Shown here one piece after another: positions 14,318 to 28,200 of a stretch of DNA of 64,000 bases. Position 1 is the stretch's first letter. Each line of letters opens with the position of its first letter. Origin of the DNA: Dipteris shenzhenensis. Lineage: Eukaryota. Where the stretch lies: assembly GCA_047967505.1 (NCBI GenBank), contig CM106538.1. One strand, written 5' to 3'. The notes below the pieces were generated by a model. It was not told the DNA's origin. It ran no database searches and saw only the letters and a program-made list of their open reading frames with translations. The position numbers and the translations under genes are program-made.

Positions 14318-14965
14318 CTACACGTTCAGCTCGAATGCAACCAAGTGACCAGAGCTATTAATTGTGAAGCTTCTAGCAGGTTTGATACCAAGCAACATCA
14401 AGCGTACATTCAATACACTCTCAGCGTACAAGTCGAGGAAAGGCGCTTGCAAATGGAGCAGTGTGTCTACGTGTGTGCCCAAGATGGTTATCGACACATC
14501 TACACTGTCATAAGCATAGACACGTCCTTTCAGAATAGGGACCTTCGAGATGAATTGGATGGAGTTGCAAGTGAAGCAAAAGGGATGGCCTGGGTCATGA
14601 TTGACATGTGTGCTGCCACAAGCACCGCATTGGAACTCCACAAGTTGTGCATTGAGGTTTGTGAAGCACAGCACACCTAATACTTGCGAGGTGACAAGCA
14701 ACAAAAGTTAGTAAATGAGGTTATTAAAGGCAATAGTTTGAGTCAATGTAAGCTTACTCGTTGCCCATATCCAACTTTGGACACTTGCGCCATGAATACT
14801 TCTTGTAGCTCCATCTTCTTGCTACCATCCGGAATCTCTGCGAGGATGCTGAAGTCATAGAATCCCAAAGTGTTCTTCATAGTCATGAAAGAGATATTTC
14901 AGAGAGTGTACATCACAATCCCGTCCTCGTTGTACTCTTGCACCGAGGACGCTCTTGCGCTCACC
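14318..14965 (-). pseudogene. RPA70-C-like OB/zinc-ribbon gene (Helitron accessory ssDNA-binding protein), spliced
   Basis: FQCGACGS...FCFTCNS (CxxC..CxxC) followed by beta-rich KGRVYAYDSVDVSITILG. Acceptor at ~14966 and donor at ~14757. Same strand as, and just upstream of, Rep. Confidence 0.55.
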
Positions 14966-17900
14966 TACAAATGTAAGCTATTGTAGGGGCAGAATTTAGA
15001 TGCTAATGAGAACAATCGAGGTAGCATGGATGAGTTGTGAAATTTTAATTATCGATGAGAAATGTAAAAGAAATGCCAATGACAGTTTAGTACAACAAAC
15101 TCCACGAACTGCACATGCCTTTGCAAAGAAGCCCAATCACAAAGCTCTTGCATTAGACGTTTGCATCGACGCAATTAAAGGCAACTCAAAAGAACTAAAA
15201 CAAGCCCAATCACAAAGCTCTTGCATTAGATGTTTGCATGGACGAAATTAAAGGCCACTAAATATTGGATTAATAAAAACGTAATGTTGTCTACTATCTA
15301 TGACCATCCTTTACGGCAGAGAAGACTGTAACAACTATGTAGTGTAACAAAGACTGCAACAAACACCATACTCCAAAACGTTCGGCCAAATGAACGACAG
15401 AGAAGTGGACACTGCAACAACAAACAGCTACGAACGACAGCAGAGAAGGGAGCATCCACACAAGCAAAACCGTGTACCGTCTGTAACCAAGACAATGGGA
15501 CCTGCAACAACCGGACGAAATAGAGTATGCAGCGAACAGTTGAAGAGATGATTCAACAACCCACTACTGCGACGCCGGAATGATTTAAACGTTCGTCAAA
15601 ACAGGATCGAACACAGCGTTGACCCTTCCATAGCTACGATGTCACGACCGGAACCCTGAGCTAGAATGAGAACAAGGACACCCGTCGCCCACCTTCTGCA
15701 TACACTTCACGTGCTACTTCCTGAAATGCCTTTCGTAGGAAACGCTTCGTGTCTTTTTTTATCGCTGAAGTCTTGAGCAGCTCTGATTGTTTCGGTGGTC
15801 TACCACCCGACGACAGTAGTAATGGAGAGCTAAAGGTTGCGAGTGCAGCCTTCACGTCTTTCTTGTCGTCAGAGCAGGGCATCGAACGAGCTCGCACCAC
15901 TCCATCTTCACATGGACAACGAAAAGTATTGGAAATCAAAAACTGCTTGCTAAGAAGATCGCACACAGCATGAGGTCACGAAGCAATACCTTTCAAAGCG
16001 GACATTGTATCGTCATTGCTCTCTGCTGCAGCTTTTCCACAGGCATGCTTTACCATCTCTACAGAACAGAAAAGCGAAATCATAAGTAACCTGACGGAGC
16101 ACCACACAAACGAATGGTTGACCATCTATACAGAACACAAGAGCGACATCTCTACAGAGTCGACCTTCAATCCTGTCCAATTAAAAACGAGAAGAAACCT
16201 GTCGAATTAAAAACGAAAACAAAGAGAATTGAAAAGAATCGAAACAGGGGGGATGAAAGCTCAACCCCTGTGAAAAGTATTCTCTCCAGTGTCCATGGAC
16301 TGGGGTGAATCATTTCCTACTTCCACCGAATGAGCAGCACCGTCGTTCTCCGCAGTAAACTCACACTCAGCCATACTTCCAGCATAAGCCACCACGACAC
16401 AGAATGTCCTCCAAAGCAACAGGCCTCCCCAACAAAGCTGAAAAGTGATTTACTCTATACTCAAATTGAAATCTATAGTTACCATGAAAGGAAGGTATGA
16501 TTTAAATCACATGACACGCCAGTATAACAAGGTTTGAAATAGAAGTCGACATTATCATTACCGCCACATCTAAGTGTTTCCACACTCCACGATTTCACAG
16601 TTTTGCATTACAATCAAAACCTAAGCTCCATCGTATCGTGCGCATTTCTTAAAATATGTACAATTGATTTCAACAACAACTACCATTGCGACTGCAAAGA
16701 AAGAAGAGGGTACGGAAGATAATAAGAAAGCAGGAGAAGGTTCTCCCCCTAGCAATACCCCAACTTGTAAAGCATTGGTGCCAAGGGAGTTGAAACCAGT
16801 GAACTCCAATGCACTCCCCATCTTAAAAATCAGTGGTTCGTCACAATAGGTTGATTATCATTTCACATTCAAAGGTAAAATCATGGCTAAGTACGGCACA
16901 TTCAAGGCAAGAGATGTTTCATATTCTACCTAATATGCAAGTTGATTTGACCTATCATGATTGCTACTAGACGATCGCACACCTATGTGTTCGAATTCAC
17001 TAAGAAAAGCCCTAGTGAAGGTGGAACATCTTTCATGTCCTTGCGTGTAGACGCAACAATCAGTGTCTTGAAAGGAGAACCGTTTTTTGTTACCCTTTCC
17101 TTTGTTTCGGACAAGTCTATTAGTGTATATGTGCCATGGCTCTCTCAACAAATGCAAATAGGAAGAGTGTCTTTCACTTTCGTCATGGAAACAATTGCAT
17201 TTGTGGTCATGAAAGTGGACCTTGATGGCCCGTTGTTTGAACAAATCACCATAGCGGATGGGTCAAACCCCGAAGATCGTGCAACAGTAAGCCTTTATCC
17301 TTATTCGCATCTTCTCTCTGAATTTTTTTTGTTGAAACTGACCACAATGTAGATGTCATTCATGACATATTGAAGGCAAACCCTCACATGTATAGTGCAA
17401 GAATTCATTGATGAGGGATCGTAATGTACGTGGCGAAAAGCATTCCTTACATGCATGCTCGACATACATTGGCCATATTCGACTTTACTATTCTCGTAGC
17501 TATTTCGGATGGAAGACTCCGTGACTGTGGATGTAATTGCACGTCAAGTGTCTGACCTTGGTTAATGGAGTGACTGAGGCTAGGGAAGACCAATCAACTA
17601 GCAATATTGCATGGTTCCCATTGTCACCGCGTAGGCCAACTTTGATTGTTTGTATAGGCTAATGCTGTTGTGAAATAGCAAAGTGAATGTTTCAGCAAAT
17701 GTCTTCGAAAAGCATGTCAAGCAATCATGGACCAAAGCCCTTGAGGTTGAGGAGTATAGAAGGAGATGTGTGGCTTTATCAAGCTCTTGGATTGAGGATT
17801 GGTGTAGGGCATCTGGAGCTTGTGCCAAGGTGCCCTTGTTTAGGAAGTTGTTTCTGAAATGTTATCGTGTAAGATGTTGAGCAATGAGGCATATGTATGT

Positions 17901-18029
17901 GCTGCTACTGAAATGTTATCATATAAGATGTTGAGCAATGAGGCGTACATATGTGTTTGAAAGAGCCTCCCAATGTAATTAAGTACATCTGATAAATTTG
18001 ACCTGGGTGCAAAAATGAACCTGTATAGC

Positions 18030-20096
18030 AAGACCAGATCACCAATAGTCTAACCACACTATGATTCGCAACAACACATACTACAACTTGGTTCAAAAGC
18101 CAAACTCCTAGCAACATCTTATTTTGGAAGACATCATGCTTAAAAAAAGAGTAAACCCTCAAGAACGGTTCAACCTATTGCTTTCCAAAGATGCAGGGAT
18201 AGAGAAATCCTTCACACTCATATTATTGGTCCAAGCATTGCTACAATTGTACTCACACAACAAAACTTCAAATGTTGACTTGCCCAAAGTGATGCTTCTG
18301 GCTTACATTGATAGAGCCACACACGCTATCAGCGGTACAACTTTAGACTTAGCCCTACACCTACCATTGCTTTCATCCTCATATGTAGCCATATGTGCAT
18401 AAAAGCTACAGTGTCTGTCTAAAATGTACAAGCAACTACAGCTACTACTCGTCATTATAGATGAGATCTCCCTCGTTGGGCTAGACACCTTCATTGCACA
18501 ACAAAGTCACACCTACAGGATAACCACAACCAACCATTTGGTGGAGTTGATGTATTACTTTATGGAGAACTATTCCAAGCAAGCCCTACCAAGGGGTCTT
18601 GGATATTCTTCGAAAGATTACAACTTCTACTATGCTTGGATCATATTGGAAATCCCAACTGCTTTGCTACAAACTTGATAAACCGATGCGTCAAAATAAT
18701 CCAGCTTTTCTTGACTTGCTCAACAAAATCAAAGTTGCCTCTTAGTCTGATGCTGACCTCGAATACGTAAACAAACAACACCTCAAAGAACCACCACATA
18801 AACATACTATCCTCCACCTCTTCTACTCAAAATATTCAAAAGACATGTACAACGAATATGTATGCTTGAATCACATCACCACATATTCAAAGCGAAAGAC
18901 ATTAGGCACAAAACATGTAACAAAACTAAAACTTTGGCAGACTCCAAAAAGACTGTTGGGCTGCACCACGAACTTTGCCTAAAACCAAGAATGATCATGA
19001 TAGAAATTAACATAGCTGATTGGATAGTGAATGGTACGGATGGCATCTTCAGAGAAGCAATATAGAAACCAAGCCATATGTACTGAGGATCGAGTTCAGT
19101 GATCGGAATGTAGGCGTACAAGCGTATTAAAAAACAAGCGTCTCTACAAAACAGACACACCCAAAAACTGGACACCCATACTTCAGGTCGTTCACGAGTT
19201 CCAAATTGGGAAGGACCATTTAAACACCATCTCACGCAAACAATTCCCAGTTCAGCCTGTAGCCAGGGACAATGCATCGCTTCCAAGTGCTAACAATGAA
19301 CTCACTTGTATTCGATCCTTCCAACATCAGAGCACATACTCTCTCACATGTACATAAACCATCAAACCTTTTCCTCTTGTCAAAATTAGAACACAGATGG
19401 ACCCAATGGTGCAGCAAGAGAAATAACGGTTAAGATTAAATCGTAGGTGGCCATTCACCAAACCGACCTTGCATCTAAAAAACCCGACACTAAAACCTTA
19501 CAAGGTCACTGCCTTCCCATGCACATGACATCCTATGCTATGAGACTATCCTCAGTGCGACAATATTATGCCTCCAAGAAATGCGCACAAATCCATCAAG
19601 CATCATTAGCCTACTAGGATTCCAAAACATTTCTATGCATGATGGCCTTGGGATTGCCACGTGCTACAAATGCAACATTGAGCTCCTCTACCAATAGCAA
19701 ACTTACAACATAGGTTGTCAATGTTTGTTGTCCATATTCCAAGAAACAAAAGAAGGGTAGATTGCGATCATTAACTTGTATAAATCACCAAGCACCAAAA
19801 CATCGACATTACTTCAAGCCTTAGAAAACATACTCTAGCTCGTTCCATCTACAACTCCAACGTACGCAATAGGGGATTTCAACATAGACTACTGTAGTAC
19901 TTCCTCGCCGACCATGGCACAACTACAAGACTTCATGTTCTACCACAACATGCAACAACTCATCACCACACCGACAACAATCCGCAGATCCACAATTGAC
20001 CACATCTAGACCATCACAACAAAAACCCAACCAAAAAATGGAACAAACTTTGTATACTGGTCAGACCACTCACTACTTTTTACAAAAATGGGTTAG
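18030..20096 (+). pseudogene. PIF1-family helicase followed by APE/EEP endonuclease (Helentron-type), heavily degenerate
   Basis: Decayed Walker A LLLSKDAGIEKSF; Walker B LLVIIDEISLVG (~18454-18480); PFGGVDVLLYGELFQ; MRQ; IVNGTDG; QFPVQP. Then the endonuclease motifs AIGDFNID (~19870), QLITTPTT..STIDHI and YWSDH, ending TAG at 20096. Confidence 0.85.
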
Positions 20097-22107
20097 GCAT
20101 AATAAAATCGTCACTTTAAGAAACATTCACAGGCAAGCCCATTGAATAAAATTCACCTGGTTTTTTTTGGGGGCAATTTTTGTAAAAGGTATCCTTTTGC
20201 ACGGGTTGACCACCCCTTAATAAATTTGGCATTTTATTTTTATAAAAACAAACACATAAGTGTCTCTTGAGCTAGAGCCTAACTTAGCATCTAGCCAGTT
20301 AAAGTTTCAAATTGATATGCTAGATTGTTAATCAATAGGTAACCAAACCGTTAGAATTTTAGACTCTTTAGCTATATTGATAGTCTATTTCTTGTAGGAA
20401 TTTCAAGTTTTCTAGTTTCATTGCCATTCAAGAGAACGGTTGGCTTATTTTCCCAAACACTAGTGTGGTTGCAATGTAGGCTAATGATTTGACAACCTCT
20501 GCACTGCCTCCATAAGGCAAAAAAGGGTATCTTCTGTACTAGAACTGTAATAAAAAAACAAATAAGTTGCATGATAGCTCAACTTTAGAACCCTAAGCAT
20601 TTCTTTTCAATCTACTACTGGTCAATTAACCTTTGCTTAAGGACCCCCCATATGTGCTTATTTCTATTTATGGTTTCCATGTGCATTTGGGTATCCAATT
20701 TTTCTTAGGAAATGTTGCACTAGATGTGCATACGTTCTTAATTTGATTTATACCAATGGTTTACAACATTAAGACCACGGACCACTCAATCCATGTGCAA
20801 TCACACCTACCACCCCCCCATGCATTACTTGTGTACTATAGAAGTTATAATGAAGTTTGTTTTGTTCTACAAGAAATGCAAAGAAGCTTTATCTTGTGAG
20901 CCTTTGGGATGCTTTACCCTTACATTTGAAACAACATAATGACAACCTTCCTCTCAAAGTAGATTGATATGTGTTTCACTATTACAAGCATAGTTTGCAA
21001 TCTTTCCCTTTGCAAAAGATTAAATAGGTTGAAATATAGCTTTGATTCTCACAAAATGTTGGAAAGATTGAAATTAGCCCTACTAGAAAAATGTCGTATT
21101 GGAAGGAAATGAAATTGGAGTGTTGTGTTGGAAGGAAAATAAATTCATTGAGATGATGAAAGGAGAAAGGGGTCATAAAAGATAAAAGATGAAATGAAAG
21201 CTACCTTTGTATGATAAAGAGTTACTTTTGTGGGAATCCCCATGATAAAGGAGCTAGTGTTGTGTTGAAAAAGCATGGAGAACATTTCTCTTTTGTTCTA
21301 ACCTTATCTAACACAATAGTTGTTAGGGAAACCTACCAAGGGGGGAGGGGGGGGACAAACTACAAAGGCCTTGAGTTGGAGAATGCGAGCATTGATTTGG
21401 AAAGAGGAATGGGATGGAAAAATAGAGTGCCTATTTCACAGCGAGAGCATGGGCCTTTTTGCTCACAGCCACATTTATTAGTGCCTCAAAATTTAAGGCA
21501 TCTTTAAGGAAGCAATCATGGGAACAATGTGAAGTATGTCAACATCAAGCTAGGAAAGCCTTAACCAATGTGGGAATGAACTTTGACACATCTATATACA
21601 TTGTACACATTGGCCTAGTTTGAAAATCCCTTTATTGGCATGTGTCTCTTTAGAGATTTGGTTAATATTGACAGTCCACATGTTTTTAATCCTCAAAGGG
21701 TTTATGGGATCATGGTCAAAATTCAAACCATAATTGTCAATTGTCTCACATTTAAAGAATTACTATTGTTAATATGTCTTAATAGGTTTTATATGCCTTG
21801 TTCCTTTCTATTTTATTATTCATCTCATCTTGCACGTACTCATTGTCACTTAAATATGCTTACTTTGCATTCCCTACTAGCATGTCATAGTACCTAGATC
21901 TTTAAAAATCAAAACTCATCAAATCGATATCCAAATGATGGAAAAACCAATCACATAAATAAGTTTAAAAAATGAAACAATATTCAACCATATTTGAACG
22001 AATGCTAAAATTATTAAGAAAAGTGTGTGTGTGTGTGCGCTTAGATTAAAAAGTCCCATAAATAATTGAGCCATACAATTAATTCCATCAATTGGATAAA
22101 AAGTTGA

Positions 22108-22579
22108 AAAAAAAAGGGAAATATATAAGGAAAAAATGTTTGAGACATCTAAGTTGAAAAATGCAACTAGAGTTTGCAAAAATTTAGATCAAAATTAAGT
22201 ATTTTTAAATAATATTGAGTTTGACAAACATAATATTGAAAAAAGATGTCGAATCCTCAGGCAGTCCAGGTTGTGAGGTCGGGGTCCACTTACCTGCCAC
22301 CATCCAAACAAACTAGGTGTTAGAACATCATAGTTACATTTGTTCAAAAAAAGGGAAACATATAAAGAAAAAATGTTTGAGACATCTAAGTTGAAAAATG
22401 CAACTAGGGTTTGCAAAAATTTCGATCAAAATTAAGAAATTTTTAATAATATTGAGTTTGACAAACATAATATTGAAAAAAGATGTCGAATCCTTAGGCC
22501 GTCTAGGTTCCAAGGTCGGGGTCCACTTACCTGCTACCATCCAAACAAACTAGGTGTTAGAACATCATAGTTACGTTTG
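22108..22579. repeat. Tandem duplication of a ~238-bp AT-rich unit (2 copies)
   Basis: AAAAAAAGGGAAA.ATATAA.GAAAAAATGTTTGAGACATCTAAG...CCACTTACCTGC.ACCATCCAAACAAACTAGGTGTTAGAACATCATAGTTAC occurs twice; the ORF track shows the duplicated peptide QTLVAFFNLDVSNIF. Confidence 0.9.
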
Positions 22580-23661
22580 GGTAGACAGTTAATGCCTATT
22601 TTCCCTAGCTTATTATCGCTTTACCTAGGAATATAGACAACTATATGGATTCTTAAGTGAAGTTTAAGTCACAAGTGGAGTAAGGAGCGAATGAGTGCAT
22701 GGGTTAAGAAGGGACTAGAGGAGGTATGGGACGATTAGTGGGCTTGGTATGTGGGGTGGTTAAAAAGAAAGTGTAAAGGAAAGATTTCACGGGGTACATA
22801 AAACAATAATTCATATAGTTAGGGAAGTATTCATGTGTGTGTGTGTGTGTTTGTGTCATGTTAAAAAAAGGAAAAAGATACAAAAATGGCCAACTAAAAT
22901 GGGCATACTGCTCGTGTCCCTACGCAGCTCTATAGCTCATTATAATACCCTAGAACTTAACTAGACAAAGATGACTCCACTAATGAATCCTTCTTTCCCA
23001 CGACAACAGCCATATCACATAGCAACATCTTTAGAAGACCAACAATAGCATCCTTCATATAACCCACACCAATACCATTACAAAACACTACTACAACTTG
23101 TGTGCAAATATGGCTAGCATGCACACAAGGTGGATGCAAGCTTGGCTTTAACCCCCAACAGAAACAATCTCCAGTTAGAGAAAAAATTAAGGCAACCCAT
23201 CAAACCAACTTTCCTTATAGCTCTAGATGACCTGGTCCACATCCTCTAGGTGATCACCATTTTTAAAAACGAGCCTTCCTAGCTTGACACCCTTACGAAA
23301 CGTCCTTTATCCTCTCCTTCCACCACTTAGGTGATCTACGTATCTTCCACTTATCATTTAGACGCCCAAACATGGATCTGCCCTCCATTAATTTCCCATA
23401 AACTACTCTAGTTGTGATTTTTGAAGCCCAACCTCCCCAATGTTCCACTGGTTCACCCGCCAATAAATGGATGTGATACAGTTGCAAGTCGACCCTTCAA
23501 ACACATTGGCCAACACCTCCAACAATAGCTGCACCTCCCTATTACTCAGATGAAACTGATCCTTCACCCATAACATCAGCCTGTAATCGGCCCTCCTCAC
23601 ATCCCATACCTGCAACCAAGATGACAAATGCTTCTTTTGCATAGTCCTAGACTGAGTAAGA

Positions 23662-23832
23662 TGTGGGGGTTAAAGGTCACTGTGCCTTAACCCCAGTTAT
23701 GTACAATACTCAAACACATATATAAATGAATGAAAAAGAAGATTAGGGTGGTTCTGCACCCACCAAAACTTGTGTGGCTCTCTGTCTCTCTCTCTCCTTC
23801 TTCCATTCTTGCTTCCGTTGAGAGCACTCTCA
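23662..23832 (+). repeat. 5' LTR of copia B
   Basis: TGTGGGGG...CTCTCA with internal TATATAAA; identical to 29390-29560. Confidence 0.97.
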
Positions 23833-25272
23833 ACTGGTATCAGAGCTCGGGTGATCTAGCTGAGCGTGCGTGAATGCTTGGAAGCTCAGCAGCTCTATGG
23901 GAGGAAGGAGAAGCTTTGTGGGAAGCTTTGTGGGTGACTTTACTTGCATCGAGTGTGCAGAGACCTTGGAGGAACCTTTGGAAAAGTCACTTTGGCTTTG
24001 CGAAGTGGTTTTGAGAGCCTGTTAAGTGGTTTCAAAGAAAAAGTCGTTTTTTGAGCTTTTCCCTGTTCCGTTCGATGACAGAGACTCCGTATTGACTTGT
24101 AGAGGCAACTATTGCTTGCTTTTGGTGTCCACATTACTTCAGGAGCCTGGAAACACCTTTATTCTTGAATCCGGGATCATTTCATTGGATTTCTGACTCA
24201 CTGTGTCAGTTTCTGTGTTTTTTGCCCGGGTGTTGGAACTCAAGTTTGGAGCAACCATTTGCAGATCTGTCAGTTCCGGTGGACTCAGGAGGTCCTAAAA
24301 CTTCTATGTTGCTCATCATTCGCACTCCGGTGGAGTTTACAGATAGCTCTGTTTCCAAAAACGTTTTTCAGTCCGTGTGTTGGACCCAGTGATTGAGGCC
24401 ACGGTTTCCAAAACCGTCTGTCCCATTGCGTTCCGGATGCCCAAAAACCCCTACCTATCAGTTCTTGCGTGATTCGGTGGAGGATTTTCAGAGTTATAAA
24501 TCTCTGTGTATTCGATTTCGTCTCTCTGTTATGCATTTTTCATACTAAGGTTTTTGAAACCTTAGATTTATGCCACATGGCAGTGGATAAGTGTTGACTC
24601 CTATTTCTCACTCATCGGTTGGGATTTTGGAGTTCTGGCAGAAGAGAGATATTTGCAGATTTTCTTGCTGAGTCCGATTATGCAATGGCGCCCATGTTTT
24701 GAAGCATCTCAGGTTCTATTTTCAGTAGCGCTCATTACCGTGGGACTATGATTTCTTGAGCATACCTTATGCAGATCACTCTGGTTGCAGTTTGAGCAGT
24801 GTGCGCTCATTCGTGGTATGCATTGGGTTGCAGTGGATGATTTATAGGCCATTTGGATGCATTGCGGTCCTTGTTGGATGCGCTGATAGGCCCAAATTGC
24901 CTTGTGGGATGCTATTTTTTATGGATGCTTTGCACATGGATGCTATTTTAAGTTGAGGGACAGCTTTGACACATTGCAGGTGATGCACTGATAGTGCTAT
25001 GCTCTCTTGGATGAGACATTATTGATGCATATGCCAGTGGACAGTGTTTATCCTTGAGTCATTTGGCACTTATTGGCATTTTCTTTTGGGCCAGATTTGC
25101 TCATATGGATGCATAGTATATGCACATGAGTCAGATGCATCTTTTGATGCTTTGAGCTTTGAATTTTGGTGATATTTCACTCTATTGTGGCATACACATT
25201 TGGGTGCACCTGGTATTTGGTGTGATTCTCTCTTGCAGGCACTAGCATTTGGGATTTTGCTTTATTTGCATC

Positions 25273-28200
25273 ATGGCATCCTCTTCCATGCCTGAAAAGG
25301 AGTTTTTCAGCATTAAAAAGTTTGATGGGACAAACTTTTCTTTGTGGAAAGAACAGATAAGGGATGTGCTTATTCAAAAGAAGCAGATTAAACCCTTGGC
25401 AGGGATTGAAGCTAAGCCTGCAAATATGTCTGAGGATGATCGGAATGAGTTGGATGCATTAGCAAAGTCTACTATTAGACTTCATCTTGCAGAGTCAGTT
25501 TATTTCACAGTAGTAAATGAGCAGACTACGGAAGATTTGTGGAAGAAACTGTGTGCCACTTATGAAAAGGAAACTGCCTCTAATAAAGTTTACCTCATGA
25601 AGAGGTTGTTTGAGCTGCAGATGAAGGAAGGGGTCTCCATTGCTTCTCACTTGAATGAATTCAATATTATTTCAGCCAACTTCAGGCTCAGAAAATGAAT
25701 TTTGATGCGGAGACTAAGGCAATATTTCTCTTATGTTCATTGCCATCCTCATGGGATACCTTCCGTACAGCTGTCAGTAACTCTGCACCTGGTGGAGTAC
25801 TGAAATTTGATGATGTTGTGGGTAGCTTGTTGGCCGAGGAGATTAGATGGAAGTCTATGGATGGCAACAAGCAGGATGCAGCCTTAAATGTGCAAAGGGG
25901 CAGATCACAGTTCAGGGGGAAGTCCCAAGAAAGAGGGAAGTCTCGTAGCAAATCCAGGGCACGGAACATTGAGTGTTACCATTGTGGCAAGAAGGGCCAT
26001 ATGAAAAAGGATTGCTACAAGCTGAAAAGAGAGCAAAAGGATAAGAAAAAGAATGCAAATTGGGGTGCAAATCAAAAGGAAGAGAGTCCAAGGGAGGACA
26101 AAGGAAAAGTGAAGATCGAGGAGATCAATGCAGTCACACGTGATAGTGACAATGATGTTCTCTTCATGTCTAGTTTATCTGCAGAGTTGCTTACCACTTC
26201 AGATGATGCATATTCCCAGGATTGGATTTTGGATTCTGGTGCTTCATTCCATGTTACTCCCCATAGGGAATGGTTCTCCACTTATGATAGTGGAAAGACA
26301 GGTTGTGTGCATCTTGGAAATGACTATGCATGTGACATAGTGGGAGCAGGTGACATAAAGTTTTCTTTTGCAAATGGGTCTGCATTTGTTTTGAAACATG
26401 TGAGACATGTGCCTAAGCTGACCAAGAGTCTTATTTCAATGGGTCAGCTAGATGATGCTGGTTTTCACACCACTTTTGGCTTTCAGAGTTGGAAAATTCA
26501 GAAGGGCTCTATGCTTTTGGCCAGGGGTGCCAAGTGTGGGACTTTGTATCCCTTACATGTATCAGGGGTATTTGATCATGTTGTTGCAATAACCGAGCAA
26601 CCAAGCACTTCTTTGTGGCATTGCAGGTTGGGGCACATGAGCCAGAATGGAATGAAACTCTTATGCCGTTTGGGTTATGTACCGCATTTGAGTTTCTCTG
26701 ATTTTGAATTTTGTGAGCACTGTCTCTATGGGAAGCAGACTAAATCAGCCCATAAAAGAAGGGGAAAGAAAGAGTTTGAAATGCTTGATTTGGTGCATTC
26801 AGATGTATGTGGTCCCATGCCTACACGGTCATTAGGCGGGGCTGAATACTATGTGACATTCATTGATGATGCAACTAGGAAAGTGTGGGCTTATGCTATA
26901 GCTCGGAAGAGTGATGTGTTCCAGGTATTTCAGAAATGGCTGGCCTTGGTTGAGAATCAGTCAGCTAGAACGCTTAAATGCCTACGGACTGACAATGGTG
27001 GAGAGTATCTCTCTCATGACTTTCAGCATTTCTGTGATACACGTGGGATTAAGAGGGAGCTCACATCCCCTCGTACTCCAGAGCAAAATCCAGTTGCAGA
27101 AAAGATGAATCGTACCATTCAAGAAAGGTTGCAATGCATGCTTTCCAATGCAAGTCTTTCTGGTGGTTTTTGGGCTGAGGCAATGAAGACTGCAGTGCAT
27201 GTGATCAATAGATCACCTAGTAAGAGTTTGGATGGTGGTATTCCTGAAGAGGCATGGAGTGGCAAGAAGCCCTCTTACTCTCATTTGCGTATATTTGGGT
27301 GTGAGGCATATGCACATGTGCCAAAAGAGCTTCGAAAGAAGCTAGATCCTAAGTCTAGGAAATGCATCTTTCTAGGTTATGGTGAAAGTGGAGAGATGGG
27401 CTATCGTCTCTGGGATCCAGAAGCAAAGAAGATCATACGCAGCCATGATGTGGTCTTCAATGAGAAGAAGATGCATAAGGCACCCATGAGGGATGTGGAA
27501 ATGAGGAGAATCACTTTCCAGGATGTGAATCCACCTGCATATGTTGATAGGCAGCAAGCTGTCCATGCACCAAATGTGCAAGAAATGGTACAACCAAGTA
27601 CTCCCACAGGTATACAATCAAGGGTAAATGATGGATCATCTATTGGTGGAAATGATGAGCCAAATGTGGCTGATATGCAAGTGGGACAGCAAGCTGAAAT
27701 GCCCTTGAGAAGATCATCTAGAGTGTCTAGACCGCCTGATAGGTTTGTTCCAGGGGTAGACTATGTGATGCTTACTGATTGCGGGGAGCCTTCTTGCTAC
27801 AGAGAGGCTATGATGCGTGAGGATCAACGCAAGTGGGAGTATGCTATGCAATCAGAGATGAGTTCACTTATGAAGAATAAAACTTGGGACTTGGTTTCTT
27901 TGCCACATGGAAAGAAAGCATTGCCATGTAAATGGGTCTACAAAATGAAGGTCACAGGAGATGATGTGCCTAGATACAAGGCCCGTTTGGTTGCTAAAGG
28001 GTTCAAGCAAGAGAAGGGTGTGGACTTTGATGAGATATTCTCTCCGGTTGTGAAGATGACCACACTTAGATGCATGCTTGGACTAGTGGCAGTAGAGGAT
28101 ATGGAGCTTATGCAAATGGATGTCAAGACAGCTTTCTTGCATGGGGATTTGCATGAGGACATCTACATGGTGCAGCCGGAAGGCTTTGAAGAAAAGGGCA

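Noticed and set aside
22285-22535. ACTTACCTG as a U1 snRNA 5' end
   Set aside because: Only 9 nt match and there is no downstream U1 structure; it is part of the tandem unit.
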